Below are positions 37,938 to 52,096 of a DNA stretch of 64,000 nt, piece by piece. This stretch comes from Malacoraja senta (taxonomy: Eukaryota), in assembly GCA_038087875.1 (NCBI GenBank), contig CM075987.1, positions 19,904,001 through 19,968,000 on the forward strand, written 5' to 3'. The position numbers and the translations under genes were made by a program. The first letter of the stretch is position 1, and every line of letters begins with the position of its first letter. The notes beneath the pieces are model-generated. The model was not told the DNA's origin. It did not search any database and saw nothing but the letters and a program-made list of their open reading frames with translations.

Positions 37938-38227
37938 ATTTTTAATCATCAATCTACACACAATACCCCAGAATGAAGAAGTGAAAACAGGTGTTTAGAA
38001 ATTTTTGCAAAGTAATTAAAAAGAAATAACTGAAATATCACATTTACATAAATATTCAGACCCTTTGCTATGACACTCAAAATTGAGCTAAGGTGCATCT
38101 TGTTTCTACAACTTGATTGGAGTCCACCAGTGGTAAATTAAATTGAGTGTACATGATTTGGAAAGGTACACACCTGTCTATATAAGGTCCCATAGTTGAC
38201 TGTGCATGTCAGAGCAAAAACCAAGCC

Positions 38228-39232
38228 ATGAAGACAAAGGAATTGTCCGTAGACCTCCGAGACAGGATTGTGTCGAGACACATCTGGGGAAGGGTATAAA
38301 ACAATTTCTGCAGCATTGCAGGTCCCGAAGAGCACAGTGGCCTCCGTCATTCTTAAATAGAAGAACTTTGGAACCACCAGGACTCTTCATAGAGATGGCC
38401 GCCTGGCCAAGCTGAGCAATCGGGGGAGAAGGACCTTGGTCAGGGAGGTGACCAAGAACCCGATGATCACTCTGACAGAGCTCCAGAGTTCCTTTGTGGA
38501 GATGGGAGAACCTTCCGGAAGGACAACTATATCTGCAGCACGCCACCAATCAGGCCATTATGGTAGAGTGGCCAGACAGAAGCCACTCCTCAGTAAAAGG
38601 ACCATGACAGCCCGCTTGGAATTTGCCAAAAGGCACCACGACTCTCAGACCATGAGAAACAAGATTCTCTGGTCTGATGAAACCAAGATTGAACTCTTTG
38701 GCCTGAATGTCAAGCATCACATCTGGAGGAAACCCGCCACCGTTCATCACCTGGCTAATACCATACCTACGGTGAAGCATGGTGGTGGCAGCATCATGCC
38801 GTGGGGATGCTTTTCAGTGGCAGGACCTGGGAGACTAGACAGGATTAAGGGAAAGATCAACAGTGCAAAGTACAGAGAGATCCTTGATGAAAACTTGTTC
38901 CAGAGCGTTCTGGGCCTCAGACTGGGGCAGTGGTTCACCTTCCAACAGGACAATGACCCTAAGCACACAGCCAAGACAACGCAGGAATGGCTTTGTGAAA
39001 AGTCTGTGAATGACCCAGCCAGAGCCTGGACTTGAATCCGATCGAACATCTCTGGAGGGACCTGAAAATAGCTGTGCATCAACGCTCCCCATCCAACCTG
39101 ACAGAGCTTCAGAGGATCTGCAGAGAAGAATGGGAGAAATGACCCAAACACAGGTGTGCCAAGCTTTTAGCGTCATACCCATGAAGACTTGAGGCTGTAA
39201 TCACTTCCAAAGGTGCCTCAACAATGTACTGA
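38228..39232 (+). pseudogene. Decayed DD34E Tc1 transposase
   Basis: MKTKELSVDLRDRIV start, [37 protein letters not shown]; several indels and stops. Confidence 0.9.
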
Positions 39233-39627
39233 GTAAAGGGTCTGAATACTTATGTAAATGTGATATTTCAGTTATTTATTTTTAATTACTTTGCAAAAAT
39301 TTCTAAACACCTGTTTTCACTTTTTTATTATGGGGTATTGTGTATAGATTGACGATTAAAAATATATAATTTAATCCATTTTAGAATAAGGTGATAAAGT
39401 TACAAAATGTGGATAAAGTGAAGGGGTTTGAATACTTTCTGAATGCACTGCATGTATCTGAACCTGTTGAAATAATTATTTTCCTCAGTAAGGTAATCTG
39501 AAGTATAATTCGTCTTGTGAAAAATGCAGTATTCAATCTGAGGTATGAGCCTGTGTTTTTATCTAGTCTAATAACTGCTTCCCTTTACTAAATAAAATAT
39601 GCTTAATTGCAATTATACATATGATGA

Positions 39628-39902
39628 TGTTTAGTTTAGAGATACAGTGTGGAAACAGGCCCTTTGGCCCATCGAGTCCACACCAACCAGCAATCACCCA
39701 TACACTAGTTCTATCTTACACAATTTACAGAAGCCAATTAATGTACAAACTTGCACATCTTTGGAATGTGGAAGGAAACTGGTGGCATCGGAGAAAATGC
39801 ACGCAGTCACAGGAAGAATATACAAACTCTGTACAGATAGCATCCATCTCAGGATTGAACCCAGCTCTCTGGTGCTGTGAGGCAGCAACTCTACTGCTGC
39901 CC
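39628..39902 (-). mobile_element. V-SINE (HE1-like), second copy
   Basis: Reverse complement aligns with 16516-16803: box B GGTTCAATCC and (CTAAA)n tail. Confidence 0.8.
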
Positions 39903-41987
39903 TTTCTGTTCCACAAAATACACTTTAAAATAGAAAATCCACTATTCCTCCATCGTGAGTTCGATCCTGACATGATCCCCCTGCGATATTATAGGGTTCT
40001 GTTGGGAACTGCCGTTTCCTCCTACTTTCCAAAGACATAATGGTAGATTAAACCACTACAGGTGAATCCCCTTTAGGGGAGATAGGTGGCAAAAAAAGGG
40101 AGTAGATGGGCTTGTGACAGAAATTAAGTCAAAGGGGTAGATGGAAATATACATTAGGAGAATGGATTGTGGCCAGGCACAGATGCAATGGGCTTTCTGT
40201 TGCAGTAAATAAGCAACTGACAAATATGGATACAGATTTGATACAGTAAACACTCATCCATTTGGCATTTATGAGCAATAACTGCAGGAGTATAGTTATT
40301 TTGCTTTTGACTTTTGCATAAATATACATTTATGGACATAATAAATTGACATACCCCTAGTAAATATATAATGGAAAAAATATAGTGAACAAATGCCTTT
40401 GGCATTTTTGTTGTTTTATTTTTAACTCATTCCTGGTTCTCTTTTCTTAGACACACACTCAAGTTTTTTGCTTCCGTACCCAGGATTTTATGCTTATTTA
40501 TTTGAATAGGTCAATATTGGTGGTGTTCCAAATAGCTTCTAATGACCTCAATTTTTTCTTGGATTGTGTGTGTGGTTCTGTTAATTAGAAAAAGAATGAC
40601 ACAACATTCTGCAGTCAGTGCAATGGCAGAAATAATTTGGAAAAAAAAAGTATTAAAGTATGTTGACTCTGGTATATTTGGAATATTTGTTGACAACCAA
40701 CCACGTGTTAGGCTGCTCTGGAAGGTTAGATCACATGAGGCTCATTATCAGCCTTGATTTGTTGATCATCTCACTCTTTCCATTCCCAGCAGTAGAGGGC
40801 CACCATGCCTTGAGGAATATTCAATTATTAAATTCTCCATACATTTTTTATTAAACCTTTTAAAGATCATCATATTCTTAACTACAGTATATTTGCCGCG
40901 ATTCCACTCCACATATTGCATCAGGATAGTGTAGGATCTACGCAAGTTTGAGGAGCTGGGTCTGCCTCCAAAAAGGCTTTAACTGCAGGTGAGGACCCAC
41001 TGCTGGCTCACCAGCTTTGCAAACCGTCACTGTTGCAGGATTAGTGAATGTCTCTGATAAAACATCAGACTATTTTAAGTATAAACCAATATTTTTAAAT
41101 TATCTTTAAAATTTGAAAAATTAAATTACTAAAAACACTTTCACTTAAAAACAAGTGATTCTATTTCAAATAACTAAATTCATCAAATATAAAAGTATAC
41201 ATATAATGGACAGCTTGTTTGGTCAAATTAATGCCACCAGTGTCACTGTACCTGCACTAGTTTAAGGGGGCGGATTTCTCAGCTCAAGAATTGCACCATC
41301 GGACTCTATGGGGAGTTCTCTTGTACAGCCTAGATGTCATAAGGCTAAATTTCAATAAAGTGAAAGGTGGACTTTTAAAACCCGTAAGCAGTCTTGGCTT
41401 ATTCCAGGGTTTGTTCCTGTGGATTATGGGTGACAGCCTTCTGCTGTGCTTGGTAGTCCTGTGAGAGCTTACAGTCAGCATCTTGGAATAAATCTGAGGG
41501 CTCTTCAGTGCAAGATCTGTTCCATTCATTCACCAAAGAAGAAAATTATTTCTGGTTCTCTGCACTTACATCTAGTTAACTTTAGTCCTTTATTATCTTT
41601 TTCTTTCCTCATAATACGTTAAATAGTGGAAGAGGTTAATTCCTGCCCTGGATACTCCACTCTCTAATACTTTCAACCCCATGACAAGGTTTCCCTTCCC
41701 CAAGGACTCTGACGTACTTGGCTTAATCCAGGGTTTGTTCCTGGGGCTCATGGGTGACAATCTTCTGCTGCTTGAAAACCTACTCCTGCCCACACATTAG
41801 ACTTCTGACTGCTTCATTGTGGGGCTGATCTTGAATGCTGAGATCTCTCTCAGGTTGGTGATGGAGTGAACGTATCCTTGCTTATCCTGCCACCTGCCTT
41901 CACCCACTTTGCCTACCTACATACAGATCTTATCACAGTTTAAAAATAAAGCTATTGTTTCTGAAATGTATTTTTTTACGTTGACAG

Positions 41988-42032
41988 GGTTTACCAGGAC
42001 CAGTAGGAAAACGTGGACCTAAAGGAATAAGG
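41988..42032 (+). CDS. COL27A1: Collagen exon, 45 bp (GLPGPVGKRGPKGIR)
   Basis: tttttttacgttgacag acceptor, AGG|gtaagt donor; similar to recalled GLPGPVGDPGPKGSR. Confidence 0.92.
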
Positions 42033-42892
42033 GTAAGTGACTATGTGAAATCCATCTATTGGTTTTCCATGGTCTTGCTAAATGAGCGCTAAAACTATTT
42101 GATTGGTTAACTGGATTTGTTGTGTTAACAGGATAATACTAATCCAAAGGGCATTCAATGATCTTGTATAGAAACATTAATCCAAATTGAGTAAAAAAAC
42201 ACATCGATGTGGAAACATTATTTTAAAAGTTATATCTGGGCTATGTGTGGTATTAACTGAGATTCCCAAACAATTTTTGGTATTAAACTTTATCTCTACA
42301 ATTGATTAAACTAAAACATCATCAATTGGCAGTTATTTTTTTACAAATCTATTGACCCAATTGCACTCAAGATACACAGTATCACACTATCACCATATCA
42401 TTCATATTTATTTCCTGGAAGCAATAAGATTTTATGAAAAAACACTGCAAACTTACACAACCTGCATGGTCCTAAATACTACTTCCAGAGGCAATCTTCA
42501 AAGTTAATTATATCAATAAAACATCCTCATTTTTGCCACTCTCGGTACATTGATGAGGTTACCATGCTATTTAACTGGGACACTTTCACAGGGGAAATAT
42601 CTCTTTAAGATAATTTGACATTACATTAAGAATGTTCTGTCTTGACTTTCTTAGTTCCACTGATTTAAATATGGGAAATTACATTCCTGATGCATCAGTT
42701 TGATTTTCACAATGTGAAAAAGTTCTAGCCGTAGATGTTATTCAGTCATTATCAAGTTTGTGTAATGATGAATTGTGTCAAAATACCAACATTTTCAACA
42801 TATTAAATTAAATATCATGTGTGCCAGGACACATACAATGGAGGATGATATGGCTGCCTCCATCATTATAAATTCAGTCAAAATGACATGAT

Positions 42893-42895
<3 letters not shown>

Positions 42896-42947
<52 letters not shown>
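42896..42947. repeat. (TA)n microsatellite
   Basis: About 25 TA units. Confidence 0.97.
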
Positions 42948-42950
<3 letters not shown>

Positions 42951-43993
42951 TCTTCATCAGGATTCTTCGATACCATCAGCAGTGAATTCACCCTATGAAG
43001 AGTGTGGGCAATAAAAATTACAGTTATGCAATTTGTTACTGAACTGCTTGGATTGGTATGTTTGTCTCTGTCGAGAATTAATGTTCAGATATTTTGTTGG
43101 CATTAAGTCATTTAGCATTAAATCAGGCAGTACCTAGTTCAGTACCAAATGAGTTAATGCCAATAAAATATCTGATTCGGGCATATGGCCTCTAGCTTCT
43201 TCCTGTCTTCCTCATTGCAATATGTGAATGACAGTGAGGGTCAAGTTGTTCCATGCACTGCAGTTGGTTTGTGATTCTCTATGGAAACCATTGGAGTAAA
43301 AATGTGTACATTGCAGCTTATTGTTTGTGAACTTGCAATGGGATTTTCTGGCCACTAAACAACTAGATTCACTTTCATTTTCACAGTCAATGCAAGTTAT
43401 TGTCACCTTAAATATATTATGAAGAAGCTGTGAGTTGATGGAACTCATCTACATGTTTGCACTTGCATGTCTTTTCTAAGCAGATGACTGACTTCTGTCC
43501 AAGAAGTAAAGTTATTTGCATCTCAAACTGTTTAATTTTCTCACTGAAAAAAGAAATCTCAACTGGATCCAATCCAAAATTACTTGCCTGCAGTATGTTG
43601 TGCGTTTATATCGTGTGGCCTCTGCCCAGTGGGTGGACAATCTTTTGCAATGAACATCTCTTCCATCTTTGCATCTTGATGGTACCATGTATACATCATT
43701 CTTAATATCTCTACCAACTGTACCCATTTTGTGACCTGTCTGAAACAATTCAGTAAGAGCGAGAGGCAGAGTTGACCTTTCAACAGAAACGCTCTGTTTG
43801 CAATTTTACATATGTTCTTTTTACTGTTGTATGATATTGTGCGTGGGGGATTTGTGCATATGGAATTAATGTACTGCAACAAAATCCTCTTCATTCCATC
43901 CCTTCTTCAGAGAGGTTTGTGCTGACAATGTGCTGACAATTAGTGGTCTAACAATCAAGTTGTAATTACTTACTTTCATCTGTGAGTATGTAA

Positions 43994-44120
43994 TCTAAAG
44001 AAGAGATGCGACCTGAAACATTCTCTGTCCATTCCCTCTACAGATGCTGCCTGAACCACTGAGTTCCTCTAGCACTTTGTGTTTTGCTCAAATTCCAGTA
44101 CCTGCAGTTCTTGTATCTCT
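43994..44120 (+). mobile_element. Old Penelope terminal-repeat unit
   Basis: CTAAAGAAGAGATGCGACCTGAAACATT..AGATGCTGCCTGAACCACTGAGTTCCTCTAGCACTTTGTG. Confidence 0.65.
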
Positions 44121-47100
44121 GCTACTTCCTTATCTCTTTGTTCTGCTACTGTAAAATTGCATGAATTTCAGAGATGTTTCATTCATCAGTCTTGTTCCAA
44201 TCAGCATGAGACATCATTTTTTCTATTAATGCTCCTTCATTTTATTTTTCACTATGTTGGTTAGAACAGGGTTGTTCATTCAATGACATGGATTGTTGCA
44301 TAGAATTTGACTTTTCTAATCTCAAGGCTAATTTACTTTTGAGAAATGCAAAGGATGTGAGTATAATGTTCTAGAATTTTCACAGTTATCAATTACATGG
44401 CACTGCTCACACAAGCAGGAAATCGCCCAGCTCAGATAAGAGTTAACAGGAAACTTTTAAAACAAATGCTCATCAACTATACAGTACATATAGTGGCCAA
44501 AATAATGATTGCATTTTAAATTATTTCTGATTTAATTCAGAAACCCTAGGCAATTCATATTTGGTCTCTCTAAAAAGCTGAATTTTACAGTTTATTTTCC
44601 GAAGTTGCAGTTTCAGGCAGTGAAGAGGAACATATACAAAGAAAACCTGTATTGACATGCTCATTCTTCAAAGGACAGGTATCCTTGACCCACTGTAGAA
44701 AATCCTGCTGCTCCATTAGGATTATCAGAGGATAGGTTCAGTGAGATATTTATCCCTCTGGGGATTGTATGGTTGAAACAAATTGAAGCAATGAAGATGT
44801 AGCTTACATTGTATATTAACAGAAGGAGCATTAGGAAATTATTTACGGGTAATATTCCTAACACTGAGTTATTTGGACATTACTTGTGACTTTTGTCTGG
44901 GTTACGGCACGAAAAATACAACAGTCTGTAAGTAATGCAAGGTTTGTAATCCACTTTAAAATGTTAATTGGAAGGAACCTTTAAATATTCCTACTTAATC
45001 TTCTTCATGAACGGTGCCTATTGGCTGCACTTGTTGCTGAAATATTTTGATATCGTGCACTTTTGTCCACATCCAGGAAAATGCTGGGCAAGATAGTCTT
45101 AGAACCAAACAGCTAGGTACAGAGTAGTGCCAAAGGCTTCACGCATTATAAACGGGACATCACGGTGGGCCAAATCTTTGCTAACATTTGGAAGTATTCA
45201 AAATGATATACTTGTTGAAGCATTTCAGAAAATATAAAGAAAATAAATCACCTAAAATGATCTGAAATAATTAATAACATTACTGCAAACACAATTGAAG
45301 AATTGTAAACTTTTCATATTATTCTTCCTCACTGTTCTAAAATCTGTATTGAAATGAATGAGTTCACAGATCTTTTGCCAGGTCTATACTGCCACAGGAT
45401 CTGCAAGTAGATTCCCCCAAAATAAATTCTGGGGAATTCCAGCAAACACCCACTTCATCACTAGAGTTCATGCGGAATGCAGCAGCAGAGCACAGGCAGG
45501 AAATCACCACAGGAGCTCGGCCAAGAAGTTGCTGGGACATGAGGATGAATGCCAACAGTTCTATGTAGAACTGCTGGCAAAACCATCAAAATCTGGACTA
45601 TGACTGCATTTTCCGTGGTTAAAGTTCAGAATAAGCAGAATATTAATATTAACTATTTGAGATTTGAAATTTTTGTGGATATTACCTAATTCTTAGGTTA
45701 AAATGATAGTCCAATTCTCAGAAGAAAAGTTTACAAATTAAACAAATTGGTGTTATAGTTGTATATATGCTAATACACGTTGTTCTCTAAAATGACTCAT
45801 TTAAACCTTATTACCTCCATTGTGAATGCTGCCAGTGTTTAACATGTTTAGGAAGCAACTTTGATTTATGTGATATGCTGAGAACAGGTTAAATAGATCA
45901 ATGGGGTGTTAGAGCAGACAATACTTGTTTATCACAGCCTTAGCTGTGCGAGTGGGAGGATAAAAATCAAGATTTACAGACAAAATGACCAGTTCTGACA
46001 GAAACAGGGAAAATAAAATATAAAGATGATATTGAGTCTGTGTTGTTACTCAAGCTTGTATTGTTACTCAAGCTTGTATAGGGCTCAAGTATTGTTACTC
46101 ACTGCATTGTTACTCAAGCTTGTATAGGGCTTAGTTTTGACAATGGAGAAGGCCATAGACAAATAGGTTAGAGCAGGAGTAGGATTGAGAATTGAGAGTA
46201 GTCTCAGAGAACAGGAAGCCCGTGGGTCACCCAATCTGCAATTGTTTTCACCAAGATAGAGGAATAATGCTTGTGAAAAGACTAAAAAGTCCAACACTTG
46301 AATAATTAATCTATTTTACTGGTTAATTTGTATGGATGGAGCTTTGATTTGTTATCCTGAATCTTAATTGGGTAATCCAGGATATAAGAAGCATTTGTGA
46401 TATTTTTCAAACTTCAGGCCATCCTTCTGAATCACAATGAACTGTTCCAATCATGCCAGTTTTAATTACTCAACATCCATGCAATAGCACAGAATAGGAT
46501 TTGTCTTATAAATCTGCAGTAAGTTAAGAATTCACACACAGTGAAGTAACAGAAACCAATGAAACCAAATGAGATAATAGTGGATGGATTTAATTCTTAA
46601 CTTGTTTTAGCACAGTGACAGATCAGAAAAAGGATAAATAATTTAATTTTGCTGTATACGCAATTAAAAATAAATGTTTCTTTCAAATACATGAATACAT
46701 ACTAAATTGTCAAATGATTGTTCACTTGATTGCAGAGTTCAGGTGTTTCCTCCGTTCTGAATCACTGTTTTATTTTTGGACACCAAGACCTTTCACAGTT
46801 AGGTGTTGCTGAAGTTTTTTTGGCAATTTGAAAAGTGAACTGTTGACAATATGAGCCTGGGCATGCAATTCCGCAATGAAAACAAAGTCCTATTAGAGAC
46901 TGTTTGGTTTGAATTTTCAGAACTGGCAGCTTGGAAAGAATGCTGATTGAATATTATTGTTAGTTTATTGAGATGAATGTGCAAGGATATGTTAGGCTGG
47001 ATTAGCTGAATGTAATATTTTGTTGAGCTGAATATTTGTGGGCATATTACATGATGACATTAAGAACTTTGAGAATTGTTAGAATGTTTGTCAATGTTAA

Positions 47101-50100
47101 GATGAAGGGATCAATGTTCACAGAAACAATTTACAAAGAATGGCATAAAAATTATGATTTAGAAATAACTTGTTTAGTCTAATCAAAATACAAAGTGTTG
47201 GAGGAACTGAGCAGGACTCGTTTCTATTCCATACAATTCTATGATTGTAAGAAGTGCCCCACTAGAAGTTTATTGACTTTGCATCAGTGAAAATTGGTAG
47301 AAAACACAACAATGCTTAAATACTTACAACAATATTCACACACCACACCAATTTTATACAAACACCTTGCACGTCAAAGACATTAATAAATGTTGAACTT
47401 TGGAAGGTATGTAGATACATTTATTGCAACACATTTATTGACTTGCTTGCTACTGAGCTGTAAGCCATTGCAGATGGCAGATGCATCCACCCGCTCACTT
47501 GTTTGTAGGTAAGGTGCTGATGTATACTTGTTCACCTGATGTAGTGCCAGTAGCCAACTTTGGTTCAGAGATCATGCAGGATGGCAAAATACTCATGGAT
47601 AATCCTTGTAATTGCCTCATTTCCTCCACATTCAATTACTGTACCTCCCTGCTTTATAACATGGGGAAGGTTTAAATGTGTGCCATTAACCTGCACACTT
47701 TCCTCATTGTGAGTGTACCCCTTATTTCAGATACACAAGAAATATTAAATATCCATACCCCAGTAGTGGAACTATTGCATTCTGGAGAGAAGAACATCAT
47801 AACATAATGTTCACATCTACCAGTAGATTCTAGCACTTCAATGATGATAGAATGTGTTTTAACGTTATATCAAGAATGAAGCCATGGGGACAGGATTACA
47901 GGTGTGCTAGCTCCCCAGAGGTTGGCAGCATTGATATTTTAATGAACTCAGTTATATATTATGAAGGGGCAGCATATTATTAGTTGAGATGACTAGGGGC
48001 AAGAGCTCAACCTGCATAAACCTCCATTCAGAATCTAGAGTCCTTATTTTCTAGCATAAGAATAGTGCCAGCTGCTGTCAACTCTCGAAGCAACTATAGA
48101 ATGATATTTGAAGGCAGAGTCACCATTACATCTCAGCCAGGAGGCACCCAATGTATGAACTTGGCAGAGTTAACCCTTCCCGTGGTTCAGTGTGCACAAA
48201 AGTATCCTCTTTTTAGAATGAAGCAATTACGAATCTATCACTGCCACCTCAACAGTGACCAAGTGTAGTTATTCATGGCAAGATGGTGCAATCCAAAGTT
48301 GAGCCATTTAGGCTCGTGGTTGCCCTCAAAACTATCTGCACCTTCGCGCAGTTTCCACCATGGCGCACTGCACATGAGGTATAGGTAGGTAGAAGCAGAA
48401 AGAATGCAGAAATATGATTATTAACCCTTTGCCTTGATTTGATATAGAAATACAGAGTGCAGAATTACAACGTAATAGCACTACGGTTACAGAGAAAGTG
48501 CAGATGAAAAAAAAGTGCAAGATCCACAATGGTGTCAATTGGAAAATTGGAACTGCACACTAGTTTATGGATTTGCAGAGAAGAAGCTGTTCCTGAATCT
48601 GGTGGTATATGCTTATAAGCTTTTATGTATCTTCTGCCCATCGAGAGAGGGGAGAAGAGGGAATGACCAGGGTGAGAAAGATCCTTGATTATGTTTTCTG
48701 ATTCCTTATGATGGGACGTTTTCATGAATTTCAGCCTTCCTATTTGAAAAATTGCACACATTGTAGGCATTGCATCAGTGTTGGACTGCAATGAAAGGTC
48801 AGACGAGTGCATAGCAATGGTATTCAGTGCTATTTCATATACAATGAGCTGGAACCTTGTTTAATGTGTTTAAAACTGCATTTGCAGAAACAGTCTTTGA
48901 AGCTGTTGAGAACATTTTCCATAACCTTGACTTAAGTCTTAAAGACAGTGGGAAAACTTCATAATGCAAGGACTTCAGTCTAGCACACTGCATCTAGAGC
49001 ATCACAGTAATTCTCAATATATTGATGTTGGAAGATAGGGTAGAGGTAATACCAAAGGGAAATAATGAAATAATTGTTCATTGCCAGGCATAAAGTCTGG
49101 TGTAATGGTAACTTCCCATTTATCATTCTATGTCCAAATAGTAGTTATATTGCAGTCTGGCATGAACTGTTTTTCTGTAACCTAAGCTGGTAGAATGTGG
49201 TCCACAATTGAACCTTAGTCTACAAAATACCTCTGAAAGAGTGGGGCCTGCTGCCACTGCAGACTTTGTTTTCTTTCTACTTTGTCAATTGTTGCTGTGC
49301 AGTGTTCAGACTGTGCTTTTATACAATAAAAAGCAAAATATTTAAATTCTGAAAATATAAAAATAAATACTGGATATACTCACCAGCATTTGCAGACAGA
49401 AGTATTGATTGATAGATTCAATTAATACAGCATGGAAACAGGCCCTTTGGCCCACTGATTCTGCACCGACCATTGATCACCCATTCACACAGGTCATAAA
49501 ATCATAAATACATACAATACAGAAACAGGCACATTCAGCACAATTCTCTTTGCAGGATGTGATGCCTTTCTACACAAATCTAATTTAGGCTGCATTAGGG
49601 CTATATCACCTTACGCTTTTCCTGTCCGTCTACCTGTCAAACATCTTTTAAATGTAATTGTTTCTGCCTCCACCATTTATTTCTGAATGTTTGTCCTATC
49701 TCGACACTTCAGAGTTTTATAAAATATTGCTAAATCACCTCTCTTCCAATTAAACCAAATTCACGTGTTTATATTTCCTTGTACCCAACAGCACAATGGA
49801 ATGGAGAAGATGAATGTTTGCTGTATTGCATAATTTGGAAAAACTATTTTTATGAACAATACTGGAATTAAAATATTTGCGCAGTTACATATAAAATAAC
49901 ATTGTTCAGATTCTTTTACCCATTTTTTAATGTCATAAGTTGTTGTTGAGAAGAAACAGTTGCACAATTTGATAGGGAAATCAAATATCTGCTTTTTATG
50001 ATTATATTATGCTACATTCCATTGCTAAATGTACCTTGTTTAACTAGCCCAATGGTAAATGTCATGAATGAAATATCATGGTTTTGCTTTAACCCTCTAG

Positions 50101-50360
50101 CATGGATCGTACGGTAGGCTTTTCATATTTTTGTTTCTAGAAGCAGTGTGCATCAGACAACTTGATCCCTGGTGTGAGGGTATGTGCCCTTGGACTACAT
50201 CGTGGAAGCCAGCACCATGCAGTCCATGGGCATATACACTTGTCTCAAGGCTTTGTTCATCACCTGCATCACCTCGCTGCATCGTTGGAACCAGATAAAT
50301 CACTGACATCCCTGAATTACTACAAGATCCACTGATGGCACTTCTCTCCTCTTTCTACAG

Positions 50361-50414
50361 GGCTTCATAGGCCCACCAGGTTTAATGGGGCTTTCGGGGG
50401 CAAATGGAAAGCAA
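50361..50414 (+). CDS. COL27A1: Collagen exon, 54 bp (GFIGPPGLMGLSGANGKQ)
   Basis: cttctctcctctttctacag acceptor, CAA|gtaagt donor, six triplets. Confidence 0.92.
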
Positions 50415-52096
50415 GTAAGTCTTTCTCTCTTTCATTTTCTCTCTCGATTTCTGTAACATTTAAACATAAATAAGCAAGTAATATTTACAATCTGATTTTT
50501 TTTCAAGCTTTCTGAAATGAAACTAATTTGCAATCTGTTTACCCATGAACAGCACAACTGCTTTCAGTTGCATTTTATTTCTCGCTTGGTGTTTCACCAT
50601 GGTAAACATTCTGTGTGTTGCTTCCCTAATATGTAATGTAATTTAATACCTCCACCAAATTGGAATAGGATCAGAAAATAAGCAAGCATAAAATATGAGA
50701 TGTTTAACTGAATGGTAGGCTTACTTCTCTGATAGACTACATGTAAATTCTATCAACACATGCTACTTTTGGCTCAGTCACAGACAGGTAAGATCATTTT
50801 ACAAAACCTAATCCTTCTAAGATGATTCCCAGGCATCTGTTTAAGGGCATACCTAGAATTAATTGTTGCCTAGATTTCTCTTGCTTTCCACTTAATGAGG
50901 ATAACACTTTTCCTGTTCCACCATATCTTTCCTCACTCAGTGAATCTGGGGTTCTTTACTATTATTTTCCAAATTAGTCTGACAGTGGTATTGGAATATA
51001 ACAAAAGTAATATGTACATCAAACTTTTTCCATTTATATATCACTTTGTATGTCGCAAACATCCACTGCAAGAGTGTAACTTAAGAAAATTTGACTGCCC
51101 CCGGATAAGGAGATGCTAGGGCAGAAGATTAAAAATCTGGTGAATGAAGAGATTTTAAGGAGGTTCTTAAAGGAGAAAATAACGATTTCCAGAAGGGGAG
51201 AGATTTCCAGATTTAAGACATGGTATTTGAAGGCATGTAGGTATCAAAAGCTCAGCAACTAAATTTGGTGACAATCAAGAGGCCAGAATTTTAGCAGGGC
51301 AAATATCTCTGAGGACTATAGAATTTCAAATTACAGAGGTAGTGAGAGAAGAGAACATGTGCAGATTTGAAAACATGGATATGTAATTAAACATTGAGGT
51401 GCTATTCAATCAGGAGTAGGTCAGCATGCAGATGGGTATTTGGTAAATAAGATGATGCAAGTTAGGGTGCAGACAGTAAAGATAAGACCCTGCACATGTG
51501 AATATGGTGCACAAGTGCTATGAAGTAATTTTTAACCATTGTCCAGTATGTTCTTACAATTAGAAGGTAGACACAAAATGCTGGAGTAACTCAGTGGGTC
51601 AGGCAGCATCTCTGGAAAGAAGGAATGGGTGACGTTGACACCTGGAGCAGCGGGTACTGAAGATGAGGTTGGAGGAGGTGCAAGTGAACCTCAATCCTCC
51701 AACATTTTCGCCACCTCCAACGGGATCCCACTACAGGCCACATCTTCCCATCTCCACCTCTTTCTGCTTTCTGCAGAGACCGTTCCCTCCGAAACTCCCT
51801 AGTCAACTCGTCCCTCCCCTCCCAAACCACTCCCTCCCCAGGTACTTTCCCCTGCAACCTGTCCCTTTACCTCCCCCCTCAACTCCATCCAAGAACCCAA
51901 ACAGTCTTTCCAGGTGAGGCAGAGATGCACTTGCACCTCCTCCAACCTCATCTACTGTATCCGCTGCTCCAGGTGTCAACTTCTCTACATCGGCGAGACC
52001 AAGCGCAGGCTCGGTGATCGTTTCGCTGAACACCTCTGCTCAGTCCGTCTTAAGCTACATGATCTCCCGGTGACTCAGCACTTCAACTACCCCTCC

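Larger units (their letters stand above)
37189..39450 (+). mobile_element. IR/DR Tc1 transposon with a ~670-bp insertion in its left IR
   Basis: TA|CAGTGCATTCAGAAAGTATTCA ... TGAATACTTTCTGAATGCACTG; the right flank reads CA rather than TA. Confidence 0.9.

Noticed and set aside
37389..37961. GC-rich ORFs or a CpG-island promoter of a host gene
   Set aside because: The sequence is an insertion inside a Tc1 inverted repeat and the ORFs show no recognisable motif.
50101..50113. 13-nt micro-exon (ag|CATGGATCGTACG|gtaggc)
   Set aside because: Frameshifting and only 27 nt from the next acceptor; no other support.
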